The notes: generated from the letters alone by a model not told the origin. A DNA stretch of 64,000 nt from Verrucomicrobiia bacterium (GCA_035515475.1 DATJBF010000046.1:917-64916); one strand, 5' to 3'. Shown: positions 33,320 to 43,212, counted from the stretch's first letter. Numbers and translations are program-made.

Positions 33320-33631
33320 CTAGGTTAAGACCTGATCGAAGGCTTGCTCTAACTGACTCTTACGAATTCTGGATGCGGAGCCGAAGCGAGTACGGGCCGA
33401 TTCAAATACACGTTCCGCCTTCTTCACAAGCACGCGAAAACCCACTTGTGCAATGTTGTGCTTATTGAAGTTTAGGATGCGGAAACCAGTGGGCATACCG
33501 GTGAATATGCCGATTTCCATGAGCAACACATCGTCAATCTCTTCTACGATTGACGGCTCTCCCGTTTTAAATGTGACATAATAAATATCATCTTCCTGAT
33601 CGTAGTGCTCAGAGAAGTCGATGTTCATTAT
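33320..33631 (-). CDS. DUF2283-like small protein (putative antitoxin-like), low-GC cargo
   Basis: MNIDFSEHYDQEDDIYYVTFKTGEPSIVEEIDDVLLMEIGIFTGMPTGFRILNF matches the DUF2283 Y-D-x-E-x-D-x-L-Y...G-I-E-I-L pattern. Confidence 0.45.
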   Translation of the reverse strand: MMNIDFSEHYDQEDDIYYVTFKTGEPSIVEEIDDVLLMEIGIFTGMPTGFRILNFNKHNIAQVGFRVLVKKAERVFESARTRFGSASRIRKSQLEQAFDQVLT

Positions 33632-33657
33632 TCCTTTTTGGCCCTTCATTATCATCC

Positions 33658-34026
33658 TCATGCGGGTTTGAATTCCTTCCCATCTTTCGGCTTCACAACC
33701 GGATAAACGGTACAAATCCGCTTTCTGTTTTCATCAATTACGACAGCAAAATATACACCATCGTTGAACGTTGTCGATATGGTCGGAGCTATCATTATGG
33801 TGCTGAACCGCTTGTAATACATGAACTGTGTCGGCTCATGCTTGTGGTGTCGTACCACATCTGGATTGATCAACGTCGTAGGAATTTTCTCCCCATTGAG
33901 AGGGTAATAATACCTCTCTGGCTCTGAACAGATCTCATCCCACTTGTTCTTGGAGAGCGTAACGCTACCATGATATTTCGTTGGGAAAGTTACTTTCCCG
34001 TCTGCTCCAAATGCGATTCCTGCCAC
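33658..34026 (-). CDS. Hypothetical protein, upstream partner of the DUF2283-like gene (low GC)
   Basis: 122-aa ORF overlapping the downstream gene, with AT-rich codon usage. Function unknown. Confidence 0.35.
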   Translation of the reverse strand: MAGIAFGADGKVTFPTKYHGSVTLSKNKWDEICSEPERYYYPLNGEKIPTTLINPDVVRHHKHEPTQFMYYKRFSTIMIAPTISTTFNDGVYFAVVIDENRKRICTVYPVVKPKDGKEFKPA

Positions 34027-34300
34027 TGGCGGATACCTCGAATCCTAGATTTGCAAAGAACAACAAGACAGACCCAAGCCCCGAATGTTTAGCCCGAGTA
34101 GCCTTCTTTGTAATCTTTGCCTTTTGGTTGCGGTCAGTTTGCTGTCGTCCATTTGCACCGTGAACGCTCCAAGCCGATTGGCATATTACGGAGCCACTGA
34201 ACCGCTCAGGCGAGAGAGAGAATGACATGACGCACCGGACCATGCAAGCTATTTTATTGCGAAATGTGGCGCATCGCGGACTTGTCTGCCTGAATGCGAA

Positions 34301-34540
34301 TTAGGGTGCTTTCGACCAGCGAGATTTTGCTGCTTTTCGTGCAATTTCTGCACGTTTTCTGGCCGTAAGCTTCTTTGCCCTTGCCTTGCCGCCCTTTAGC
34401 CCCCCAAGTCTCCCTAGATACACCGCAGCCGGGTTCTTTTCTGGCTTTGGCTGATCTGTCTGCCCGGTAGATTGCGCCACGATACGAGCAGCAAGCTGGT
34501 TTATGTCCTCGGATTTGGGCTTCCTTGACCGCTTAGGCAT
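34301..34540 (-). CDS. Small basic hypothetical protein (about 80 aa)
   Basis: MPKRSRKPKSEDINQLAARIVAQ...KGGKARAKKLTARKRAEIARKAAKSRW is highly basic and plausibly nucleic-acid binding. Confidence 0.3.
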   Translation of the reverse strand: MPKRSRKPKSEDINQLAARIVAQSTGQTDQPKPEKNPAAVYLGRLGGLKGGKARAKKLTARKRAEIARKAAKSRWSKAP

Positions 34541-34600
34541 ACCTGCATCATGGCACAACGCGGGACGGCTGGCAAGGGCCGCGAGATTCAAACTGACGCA

Positions 34601-34882
34601 CTACCCAAATGTCGAAGTGACCTTGGCAGTGTGATTGAGGTTGAAACTGACATGGCCCGGCGCCCGCAATGTGAGGCTCAGCTTTCCGTGGCCGACGGTA
34701 ATGCTGTTGATGGTTACCAGCTTCAGGCTTTCGTCGCTTAGTTGGACAGTGTCCTTCTGCTCCGGGGCCGGCTGAGTCACGGGATTCTTCCCCGGTTCGT
34801 CAACGTCTTTCTTGCCGCAGCCCGTCAGCAGCGCCGCGCAGGCGGCGGCAATCCCCAGTTGGATGAGATCGTGTCGAGTCAT
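34601..34882 (-). pseudogene. N-terminal lipoprotein fragment of the CusB/CzcB-type adaptor, truncated by the transposon
   Basis: Lipobox LLTGC, then ...VTINSITVGHGKLSLTLRAPGHVSFNLNHTAKVTSTFG*. The stop codon is created inside the transposon terminal repeat. Confidence 0.75.
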
Positions 34883-36147
34883 TTCGCTTTCTCCTGCAGT
34901 TCCGACAATGGCATGCCCGCTGCCGTTTCGAGCGCCGCCTGCGCGTCGTAAAGTTTCTGCAACGAATCGAAGTAGTCCGCCCGGGCGTCGAAGTAGGTGC
35001 GCTGGGTTTCGAGGTAGATCAACAATGGCGTGCGCCCCCCGGCGTAGCCCTGGCCAGCGTCATCCAGTGCGCGCTTGAGTTTGGCAAAGAACTCCGGAGT
35101 GAACAGCGCCAGTGATTCCCGGGCGGAAACGAGGTTGTGATACGCAGTCGTGACATCGCGGAGGACCTCCTGCTGCAGTTTTTCCAGTTCCGCCAGCGCG
35201 CTTTGCTGTTCTGCGGTGGCCGTGGCGATTTCGCCGCTCTTCCGGTCCCACAACGGCAGTGGCAACGTGATGCCGAATTGGTAGGTTTGTTCGTCGGGAA
35301 GATACTCGACGCTCGGGCCGACCGTGAAATCCGGCAACCGCGATTTGCGGACAGACCGGAGATTCAACCCCGTGCGCTCGACTTCGGTCACCTGGATCTT
35401 AAGGCTCGGATTGGACGCCGCCACCTGTTGCAGCAGAGTTGTTTCCGGCGGCACAATCACCACGGCACTGAGCGCGCCCGTCACCTCAAAGTCTGTGTCG
35501 GGCCTGCGACCGAGCAGAGTACTCAACGCCGCGCGTGCCGCCGCCCGTTGGGCTTGCGCATCGCCGAGCGCCTTCTGGGCCGTCACTACTTCGACTTCGG
35601 CCTTCGTCGCATCAAACTCGGACGCAAAGCCATTGGCGACCCGTTTGCGGGCCGCTTCCAGGAACGTCTTGGACAACGTCACGCCCTGCTCTTTGAGCGC
35701 GAGCACCTGTTGGAAGACCAAGAGCGTGTAAAAAGAGCGGCGAACCTGTATGTCGAGTTGCTCGCGAAACGCCGTCAGCGCCAACTCGCGGAGTTCCACG
35801 TCCTTCTCGGCCAGGGCCCGTCGCAGGCTGCGTTTGCCCGGAAACTCGAAGGTTTGGGTGAGTTCGAAGACGCCGTCAAACTCGCGTGAGGAGGGGCCGC
35901 CCGACGGCTCTGATCTTCGCAGGCCGGGAAGGGCGGACAACGACGGGTTGTCCCACGTGTTGGCAGTGGTCACCTCACCGCGCGCGGCGGCAACGCCCGC
36001 CGAGAGAGCCCGGATTTCCGGATTATTCTCTTGCGCTTCGCGGACGGCGGCCGCCACCGTCAGAGCCGGAGGTGGCGCAGACCACGCTGTCGTACACGCG
36101 ACCACGGCCCAAGCGAGACGTGTCAGCCGAATCGTACCATGAGCCAT
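34879..36147 (-). CDS. TolC-like outer-membrane efflux factor (CusC/CzcC family)
   Basis: Signal peptide, then paired OEP repeats (..LTLPLPLWDRKSGEIATATAEQQSALAELEKLQQEVLRDVTTAYHNLVSARESL..). Confidence 0.8.
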   Translation of the reverse strand: MAHGTIRLTRLAWAVVACTTAWSAPPPALTVAAAVREAQENNPEIRALSAGVAAARGEVTTANTWDNPSLSALPGLRRSEPSGGPSSREFDGVFELTQTFEFPGKRSLRRALAEKDVELRELALTAFREQLDIQVRRSFYTLLVFQQVLALKEQGVTLSKTFLEAARKRVANGFASEFDATKAEVEVVTAQKALGDAQAQRAAARAALSTLLGRRPDTDFEVTGALSAVVIVPPETTLLQQVAASNPSLKIQVTEVERTGLNLRSVRKSRLPDFTVGPSVEYLPDEQTYQFGITLPLPLWDRKSGEIATATAEQQSALAELEKLQQEVLRDVTTAYHNLVSARESLALFTPEFFAKLKRALDDAGQGYAGGRTPLLIYLETQRTYFDARADYFDSLQKLYDAQAALETAAGMPLSELQEKAK

Positions 36148-36234
36148 TTTCGTTTGTATACTTATACTCACAGGTCCAAAACGCCAGAACGCGACCGATG
36201 AAACCAGCGAGACCGCCGGAGACCCAGTCAACGT

Positions 36235-37152
36235 TCAGAACCGAAATGAAAGCTGCATTCCCACCGTATCCTGAGTGATATAGGGCTGAAGAACGCCTTC
36301 AGTGTCATGCCGATAGTGGAAGTGAACGACGTTCTTGCCGACAACGTGACCGAGAAGTGCGCCGCCGACGACGTCGCTGAGCCAGTGTTTGTCGTCATTG
36401 ATCCGCTGGGCAGCGGCAGCTCCCGCAAGAATGTACAACGGCCATGTCACCCACGGGTTTTGCCAGACCTCGCTGACGCTCGCCGCAAAGGCGAAGGCCA
36501 CGGTCGATTCTCCTGAGACAAAGGACGAATTGAACGCCCCCCCACCGGGGCCATGAAACTGGTACTGGTCCCTACCTGAAGCCGGCCGCTCCCGACCCGT
36601 GAGGAACTTGATCCCCCGCGCCAAGCCCCCCGCGTAAGCAACCGATTCCAGCGCCAAGAAACCGGAGTCGGCCAGCTTCTCGTCGTGCACGACGAGGCCT
36701 GAACCGAATAACGCTCCGCTCGCCGCGAAGTAGTACAGCCCACCCCCCGTCACGTCGCGGACGGTGTTCAAGGCAGAATCGAGTGACCCGGAGCGGTTGT
36801 CCTGGGCAAAATCGCGTGCGGTGCCGTCAAGGGGCAGGAGCGCGCCCGTAGCGCTCGCCTCGATGCCGAACGTCATCCACCGCTCGCCTCGCCAATACAT
36901 CGGACGCGTGACGAGGTTGATCGGATCTTTCCACAGCCACTCCAGGTATTTCTGCGGCCACTTGTCTGCGTCGTACGACAGCAAATACGATTTGCGTGCG
37001 GGCGGCGTATCCTTCTGGTCGATTGCAGCAGTGGCCAACTGCAACTGGCTCTGGAAGACCTCTTCAGCAAGACCTGACACCGATAAAGTGAAGAGCGTCG
37101 TCAGCGCCACCATTATCCACCGCCATCGCATATGCGGTTTAGGGTTGCCCAT
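36235..37152 (-). CDS. PAP2-family (acid phosphatase / lipid phosphate phosphatase) protein, secreted
   Basis: Signal peptide, with the PAP2 C-terminal motif DDKHWLSDVVGGALLGHVVG. Confidence 0.7.
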   Translation of the reverse strand: MGNPKPHMRWRWIMVALTTLFTLSVSGLAEEVFQSQLQLATAAIDQKDTPPARKSYLLSYDADKWPQKYLEWLWKDPINLVTRPMYWRGERWMTFGIEASATGALLPLDGTARDFAQDNRSGSLDSALNTVRDVTGGGLYYFAASGALFGSGLVVHDEKLADSGFLALESVAYAGGLARGIKFLTGRERPASGRDQYQFHGPGGGAFNSSFVSGESTVAFAFAASVSEVWQNPWVTWPLYILAGAAAAQRINDDKHWLSDVVGGALLGHVVGKNVVHFHYRHDTEGVLQPYITQDTVGMQLSFRF

Positions 37153-37237
37153 CTCGAATCAGGCGTTTTCAAGAGCGTGATATTGGTATTCTTTGGACCT
37201 CGGTCTTGGTTGCGGCGCCACACAAGGCTCTTCCGTT

Positions 37238-38227
37238 TCAATCTTCCGCACCGGCGACTGGCGGGCTGAAGGTCGGTTTATCTACGCCGGTCGTGTGTAG
37301 AATCCGAATCTCATTATGGATGGTCTTCTGAAAAACGTGCACCCATCGGCCCGTTTCATCGACGAACCGCACCGTCGCGATCTCGGGAGTCAGTTTGATA
37401 TGAACGAAGCCGTGAAGTGCGCGGGCAAACGGCCCCCGGTCTGATCGCTCGATTGAATAGAGCGGCATCCCCCCGCCTCCTGACACAAGAAAGCTGGTGT
37501 GCTTCTCACGAATCTCCAGATGCTCCAGGTCATGATCGTGTCCGCACACGTAGAACGCCACACGGTCTTTCTCAAACATCGGTCCCCAGTCCCCCAATAG
37601 TTTGGGCGTATCGCCGTGATGCCCGCTGCTATACAACGGAAAATGCGCGCAACAAATCGTCCATGGCGCCCGGTTGGTCTTGGCCAATTCCTGTTCCATC
37701 CACTTCAACTGGGCCGTCCAGTCCTCGCCTTCGACCATGCTGTCGAGCATGAGCACGGTGACCAGCGGTTGATCGCCTGGCAAATCCAAGCGATACCACT
37801 TGGCGGGCATTTTCCAGCGGGAGTTCGGATATGCGCGGCCATAATCGAGTTCAATGCGCGCCAGTCCGCCACGCTGCGCGTAGTCGTGATTGCCCAAGAG
37901 CGCATAAAACGGCATGTCCAGGACGCGCGGATCGTACATGCTCTCGAACCGCTGGTTCCACGCGGGGTCGCGGACGCCGCGGACTTTGACGTGGCAAAGG
38001 TTGTCGCCCAAAACCAACACGCCATCAAACGGTCTTCTCCCCGCCACTTGCACGTAGTCGGCCATTGCGGCCGCCACGGCGCGTTGGTCCTTGCTGCCAT
38101 TCCCCCAGTCCCCAAACGCCAGGAGATTGACTTCGCGAGTAACAACCCGCGGCTGCGCGCCAACAGTGACGACAGCCACGCTCAACGTCCCCAGGGCGCA
38201 GAGAAACCCACGGGTCAAGCCTTTCAT
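37238..38227 (-). CDS. Calcineurin-like metallophosphoesterase (purple acid phosphatase-like), secreted
   Basis: Signal peptide, with motifs GDWG, GDNLCH, GNHDY and CGHDHDLEH. Confidence 0.8.
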   Translation of the reverse strand: MKGLTRGFLCALGTLSVAVVTVGAQPRVVTREVNLLAFGDWGNGSKDQRAVAAAMADYVQVAGRRPFDGVLVLGDNLCHVKVRGVRDPAWNQRFESMYDPRVLDMPFYALLGNHDYAQRGGLARIELDYGRAYPNSRWKMPAKWYRLDLPGDQPLVTVLMLDSMVEGEDWTAQLKWMEQELAKTNRAPWTICCAHFPLYSSGHHGDTPKLLGDWGPMFEKDRVAFYVCGHDHDLEHLEIREKHTSFLVSGGGGMPLYSIERSDRGPFARALHGFVHIKLTPEIATVRFVDETGRWVHVFQKTIHNEIRILHTTGVDKPTFSPPVAGAED

Positions 38228-38397
38228 CTGGTCTTCCTTTCTTGAGCGGCGGGAAGGATGCCAGAAGCATTGTTACGGAAAGATTATCGCGTCAGCGGCA
38301 TTTCCCCGGGTGAAGCCGGTTTGCGGGGCCCTGGCGTGCAGGGCCCTCGTGGGTCATCGGTGCTGCCCAGCGAAGCAATGCCACACCGCCCCGCCGA

Positions 38398-40131
38398 TCA
38401 CGGCGCTTTCGGTGCTGGCAACAATGCAGCCGACCAACCGCCGAAGAGATTCGTCACGGTCGCGCCCCGGGCCGCGGCGATCGCGTCGAGTTTTTTCCGC
38501 GTGTTGAGGCGCGCCAGCAACAGCACCGGCTGGGTGCGCGACGCAAGCCATTGATCCCGCTGGTCGAGCGGAACGACACCCGGGGGCCATGGGTTGGTCT
38601 TCTTGAGCATAAACACGATGTAGTTGCTCGTGAACTCGCGGCCGGCGTCGGTGAAAACGGTCAGCAACTGTCTCCGGTAGAAGGGCAGACCATTCGGGAA
38701 ACATTCGAGACAAGCCAACTCAGTGTGGGCTGGCAAGGGTGGAATCTGGTCGGCCAGAGCCCGCGCGGACCGGTCGTTCGCATACAGTCGGACGCCGTCA
38801 AAGCCCATTGTCAACACGGCCAGCGGGACGCCGACGAAAACTGCCAGAGACGCTGCCGCGCTACGCCGCCACCACGTCGCTGCGGCCGCCGCCGCGCCCA
38901 ACAGGAGCACGATGGCCAGACGCGTCAGGACGGCGCCGAGGCGCATGGCGCTCCCGTTCGGCATTTCGATTGCCGCCTCCAACCTACTCGGATGCGCCAA
39001 CAGGGCCACCAAGCAGCCCGTCCCGGCCAGACAGACGAATGCGAGCACCGCGGTATCACGTCGCAGCAGACGCGCGGCCGGGCCGTCCCGCGTTTCGAGG
39101 GCGAGCGCCAACACCCGCGCGGTGAGCGCCCCAAGGACCACGATGACGCTCAGGATGTAGTCCGGCCGCTTCGACTTCGAGAGCGAGAAGAAGACGATCA
39201 CGACGATCGTCCAGACGATCAATAATCGGTCGGCACTTGTCCATCGGCGGCGCGCCCGCCATGCGGCCACGATGGATTCCGGAAGCAACACACTCCACGT
39301 AAACAGTCCGATCACAATCCACGGCACGTAGTAATAAAACGGTCCGACCCGCCGGAATTCCGTTGTGGTGTACCGGTGCAAGGACTCTTCGACCAGACCA
39401 TAGTAGGCGAAATCCCGGTACTGATGATTCACTCCGAGAAACCACGGCAGCGTCAGTCCAAAAAAGACCAGGAGATTGGCCGGCGCAAAGAACCGTCGCA
39501 GCGCATCCCAACGGCGGTCGAGCACGTGGAACGCGCCCAACACCAGCGCCGGCAGAATGAATCCCACCGGCCCCTTGACCAACGTGGCCAATGCCGAAGA
39601 CGCTGCGCCGAGCAGGTACCAACCGGCGCGGGCCCGCCCCCGTTTTTGTTCGGCAACATAGCCGGCAAAGATCGCGCCGCACGCGAACAACGTCAGCATC
39701 ATGTCGAAGATCACCAAACGGCTGAACGCGAGAAACAGCGGCGACGTGGCGACGACAATCGCAGCCAGCGCGCCGGTCGGCGGTCCGTATTCGCGCCGCA
39801 CAAACGCGAAAGTCAGCACCAGCAGCAGGAAACCCGACAATGCCGACGATAGCCGTGCCGCCGTTTCCGTATCGCCGAAGAGCGCGAACGAGAGCGCCAC
39901 CGTCTTGAAGTAGAACGCCGGTTTGTCGAGATATGGCAACCCGTTGTAAGTCGGCACGAGCCACGAGCCAGAATCTTTCATTTCGCGGGCGACCTCGGCG
40001 TTGCGGCCCTCGTCCGGTTGCGTCAGAGGGAGTTGGCCAAGCCGGGCGAAGATCAGCGCCCCCGCCAGCAGGAAAGCCAGCGCGGCGAGCAGACGAGTAC
40101 GCGAACTATCCATCGCCTCCGAGACTAACAC
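38398..40131 (-). CDS. GT39 / ArnT-like lipid-carrier-dependent glycosyltransferase
   Basis: Polytopic membrane protein with PDEGRNAEVAREM and YLDKPAFYF motifs in the first periplasmic loop. Confidence 0.75.
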   Translation of the reverse strand: MLVSEAMDSSRTRLLAALAFLLAGALIFARLGQLPLTQPDEGRNAEVAREMKDSGSWLVPTYNGLPYLDKPAFYFKTVALSFALFGDTETAARLSSALSGFLLLVLTFAFVRREYGPPTGALAAIVVATSPLFLAFSRLVIFDMMLTLFACGAIFAGYVAEQKRGRARAGWYLLGAASSALATLVKGPVGFILPALVLGAFHVLDRRWDALRRFFAPANLLVFFGLTLPWFLGVNHQYRDFAYYGLVEESLHRYTTTEFRRVGPFYYYVPWIVIGLFTWSVLLPESIVAAWRARRRWTSADRLLIVWTIVVIVFFSLSKSKRPDYILSVIVVLGALTARVLALALETRDGPAARLLRRDTAVLAFVCLAGTGCLVALLAHPSRLEAAIEMPNGSAMRLGAVLTRLAIVLLLGAAAAAATWWRRSAAASLAVFVGVPLAVLTMGFDGVRLYANDRSARALADQIPPLPAHTELACLECFPNGLPFYRRQLLTVFTDAGREFTSNYIVFMLKKTNPWPPGVVPLDQRDQWLASRTQPVLLLARLNTRKKLDAIAAARGATVTNLFGGWSAALLPAPKAP

Positions 40132-40368
40132 AGACAGTTGGTGGTTGCATGCGCCTTACGGCGTTGCGTTCTCCACGGGCGCAGGGCGTTCGGTGAAGGG
40201 AGCGGCAGAACCAGGTCCTTCATCGCCCGTCGCACCGTCGAGCACTTGGCCTGCGCCACGGATTGTCGTCGGTCACGGGCGCATCTTCACACGGGGAGCA
40301 TTACCGGATCATTACCACCGGCCGCGGGGTCGCTTCCGTCGCCAGGGAGAACCCGGGAACGCCTCGCG

Positions 40369-41787
40369 CTAGCTGGTCGCCGGGGCTTCCAGGGACAGAA
40401 CGAGTGTATCAGGGAGAACGAGTTCGGCGCGAATCTTCATTCCCAGCAATCCGGCAAACGCCCGGGCCAGCGCGAGCCCTAGGCCGGCGTGTTCGGAGGA
40501 CGTGCGGGAGGCCTCCTTGCGCCAGAACCGTTGAAATAGGTGCGGGAGATCGTCCGGACCAAGATCGTCGACAGTGTTGGCGACCGACAGTGTGAACAGA
40601 CCGTCGCGTTGTTCGGCGCGGATGCACACTTCGCCCGCGACCGGCGTGTATTCCACCGCATTGGAGAAGAGGTTGGCCAGAAGCAGGCCGAACAAGGCGC
40701 GGTCGGTCGTCAGACGAATTTCTGAGGGGAGATCGAAGGCAACGCGGAGTTGTCGGCGACCGGCCTGACCGACCAAAGGCTGCCACACGGTATCAACCAA
40801 CTTTTTGATGTGGATCGTCTCGCGGGAGACGGTTTGTTTGCCGGCTTCGCATCGGGCCAGCGTCAGGAGTCCCGTGGCGATCGTCTCCATTTTCCGGGCA
40901 ATCTCGAGGGTATCGTGAAAGGCCTGCATCGTGGTCTCGTTACCTTCGGGCCATTTCAAAGCAACTTCGGCCAGCGACCGGAGTTCGGCGATGGGGGTGC
41001 GCAGTTCGTGAGCGGCATCGGCGGTGAATCGTCGTTCCCGCTCGAAGGATTGTTCCAGCCGGGCGAGCAGGTCGTTCAGGCGGTGGCCGATGGGCAGCAA
41101 CTCGGCCGGCAGCGGCTCCGTGTCGAACCGTTGTCCCAATGACGAGGCATCGATGCGCGCCGCGCGGTCGGCAACATCGCCCAACGGGATCAGGCCCCGG
41201 CGGACGACCAGGCGGATGATGACGATCATGCCCATCGCGACGACGGCGGCCGCCAGGAGCAGTGCGCTGGTCAACGCGCCCAGCGTGTGCGTCACATCCC
41301 GCAAGCTGCGGGCGACGACCAACGTCACGATTCGATTGGGAGCCGCGGCGGTGGACGGCGGTCCGTTCGTCCCGCTTTCTTCCGGCGCAAACTGAAAGCC
41401 GATGGCCCGGCCCCTGTGACCATCGGGCAGGTTCAAATTCCACAACCGGGGAGAGTTCATCGTGCCGAACAACCGGGCCAGGTCATTCGTCCCCAATGAC
41501 GCCGAGCGGGCGAGTGTCCGTCCGTTGGCGTCCGTGAGTTGAAAGTATTCGGCGGAATGGGGGCGCGAGAACTCTTGCAGGAGTTCGTCAGCCAGATCGA
41601 ACTCGACCACGCCCCTATTCACATCGGTTGCCGCGGCGAGCGCCATGGCCTTGGCCCGCAACGTGGCATCAAATTCCCGGAACAACAGGGCCCGGGTGGC
41701 GAAATGAATCACGGCTGCGCCGATGCCGAAAACCAACAGACTGCTGCCTAGCAACCCCGCCATCAGGCGCATTTGAATGGATTTCAT
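40369..41787 (-). CDS. Sensor histidine kinase (HAMP-HisKA-HATPase)
   Basis: H-box FTADAAHELRTPIAEL, N/G boxes, and two transmembrane helices. Start at MKSIQ overlaps the response-regulator stop (ATGA). Confidence 0.85.
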   Translation of the reverse strand: MKSIQMRLMAGLLGSSLLVFGIGAAVIHFATRALLFREFDATLRAKAMALAAATDVNRGVVEFDLADELLQEFSRPHSAEYFQLTDANGRTLARSASLGTNDLARLFGTMNSPRLWNLNLPDGHRGRAIGFQFAPEESGTNGPPSTAAAPNRIVTLVVARSLRDVTHTLGALTSALLLAAAVVAMGMIVIIRLVVRRGLIPLGDVADRAARIDASSLGQRFDTEPLPAELLPIGHRLNDLLARLEQSFERERRFTADAAHELRTPIAELRSLAEVALKWPEGNETTMQAFHDTLEIARKMETIATGLLTLARCEAGKQTVSRETIHIKKLVDTVWQPLVGQAGRRQLRVAFDLPSEIRLTTDRALFGLLLANLFSNAVEYTPVAGEVCIRAEQRDGLFTLSVANTVDDLGPDDLPHLFQRFWRKEASRTSSEHAGLGLALARAFAGLLGMKIRAELVLPDTLVLSLEAPATS

Positions 41788-42461
41788 TCGCTCGGTCCGT
41801 CCATCACATAGCCGAGGCCGCGTTTGGTTCCGATGAGCGGCGGCTTGCCGGCGGGCGTGATCTTCCGGCGCAACGTGCAAATCGCCGAGTCCACTACGTT
41901 GCTGAGCGGATCCACCGACTCGCCGTAGATGTGTTCTTCGATTTCGCTGCGCGACACGACTTCGCCACGGCGCAGCGCCAGGTACTCCAACAACCGGTAC
42001 TCGCGCGCCGTGAGGTCGATGGCCGCACCAGCCCGCGTCACCGTCCGGGCCGTCATGTTGATCTCCAGGTCGCCGATGCGTAATCGTGAGCTTTTCCGTC
42101 CGTATCCGCGGCGGCAAAGGGCCTGCACACGTGCCAGCAATTCCTCCAACGCAAACGGCTTGATCAGGTAATCGTCTGCGCCGGCCTGCAGTCCGCGCAC
42201 GCGGTCCGCAACGGTGTCCTTCGCCGTGAGAACGAGAACGTGCGTCTCCCGGCCTTGGGCGCGTAAGCGGCGGAGCAACGTCAACCCGTCCATCCCCGGC
42301 AACATCAGGTCGAGAATAATTGCGTCGTACTGGTTCGACTCTGCATACCAGAGGCCTTCCGCCCCGTCCCCGCTCACGTCCACCGCGTAACCGGACTTAC
42401 GCAATCCCGTGGAAACGGAACGCTGCAGATGTCGGGAATCCTCGATCAACAAGATTCTCAC
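41784..42461 (-). CDS. OmpR-family response regulator
   Basis: Receiver domain (ILDLMLPGMDG, LTAKD) with a winged-helix C-terminus (REYRLLEYLALRRGEVVSRSEI...LGYVM). Confidence 0.9.
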   Translation of the reverse strand: MRILLIEDSRHLQRSVSTGLRKSGYAVDVSGDGAEGLWYAESNQYDAIILDLMLPGMDGLTLLRRLRAQGRETHVLVLTAKDTVADRVRGLQAGADDYLIKPFALEELLARVQALCRRGYGRKSSRLRIGDLEINMTARTVTRAGAAIDLTAREYRLLEYLALRRGEVVSRSEIEEHIYGESVDPLSNVVDSAICTLRRKITPAGKPPLIGTKRGLGYVMDGPSE

Positions 42462-42552
42462 GGCGCTGACATTCTACCAAACAGAGCTGTAATTCGGCAC
42501 CACACCGAAACGTTCCCGACCCCTTCTTACGGGCGGCCCGGCTGTATTTGTC

Positions 42553-43059
42553 TCAGTCCGTCTCGGTTTGTTTTCCGTCTTCGGTGAGTTTGAGGGCTGT
42601 CTTCTTCCCGTCTTTCTTGCCTTCGACTTCGTAGAAGGTCTTGCTGTTCTCGACTTCCTTGCTGGCTTGGAGACCCGTTGCGCTTCCAAAATACTTCTCC
42701 GCAACCGCGCGCGCGGCGGCCGGCAGCGAGGCGAACGGTACGCTTTCCTCGCGGGTCAGAACTGTCCCATCGCCGGCGACGTCCATCTCGACATGTTTGC
42801 CCTTCCAGTTCGCTTCCACGTCATAAACGATCTTTCCGCGTTCCTTTTCCTTCTCAATCCGGTCGATTCTTGCGCCCGGGAACTCCTTGTCGATTGTCGC
42901 GCGAACCGGCGTCGGCAGGTCCGCCAGCCTGACCTTCTGCGCGTCGGGTTCAGGTTTCGTCCCAATCTCCTTTTCAGACGCGGCGCTTGCAACAGTGGCG
43001 ATCGCGAGTCCCAAGATCGGAACCGCCACCACGAGGTTCCGTCCGATCCGATTTTGCAT
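42553..43059 (-). CDS. PepSY-domain periplasmic protein (two repeats)
   Basis: Signal peptide. Two ...KIVYDVEANWKGKHVEMDVAGDGTVL / ...TFYEVEGKKDGKKTALKLTEDGK PepSY-like repeats. Confidence 0.65.
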   Translation of the reverse strand: MQNRIGRNLVVAVPILGLAIATVASAASEKEIGTKPEPDAQKVRLADLPTPVRATIDKEFPGARIDRIEKEKERGKIVYDVEANWKGKHVEMDVAGDGTVLTREESVPFASLPAAARAVAEKYFGSATGLQASKEVENSKTFYEVEGKKDGKKTALKLTEDGKQTETD

Positions 43060-43212
43060 GGTTTTCTCCTCTATTCGTTTTGTCGAACGTGACTGCGCGC
43101 AGGATACGCGGCGGGAGATTACCGAATGATTACGCAGGTGGGAACTATCGCGTGGTGTCGGTCCCGCTTCTCGAAATCTCTCGTGAGCCGCTGGAGCGGG
43201 GTGGAAAGCGCT

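Larger units (their letters stand above)
31882..34605. mobile_element. 2724-bp IS1595/IS1-superfamily transposon with passenger genes, inserted in the adaptor gene
   Basis: Perfect 19-bp terminal inverted repeats GGTAGTGCGTCAGTTTGAA (31882-31900) and TTCAAACTGACGCACTACC (34587-34605). They are flanked by an 8-bp direct repeat CAAATGTC (31874-31881 and 34606-34613). Confidence 0.85.

Noticed and set aside
38551-39964. Long ORFs on both strands inside the GT39 gene
   Set aside because: Off-frame or antisense to a well-supported polytopic glycosyltransferase.
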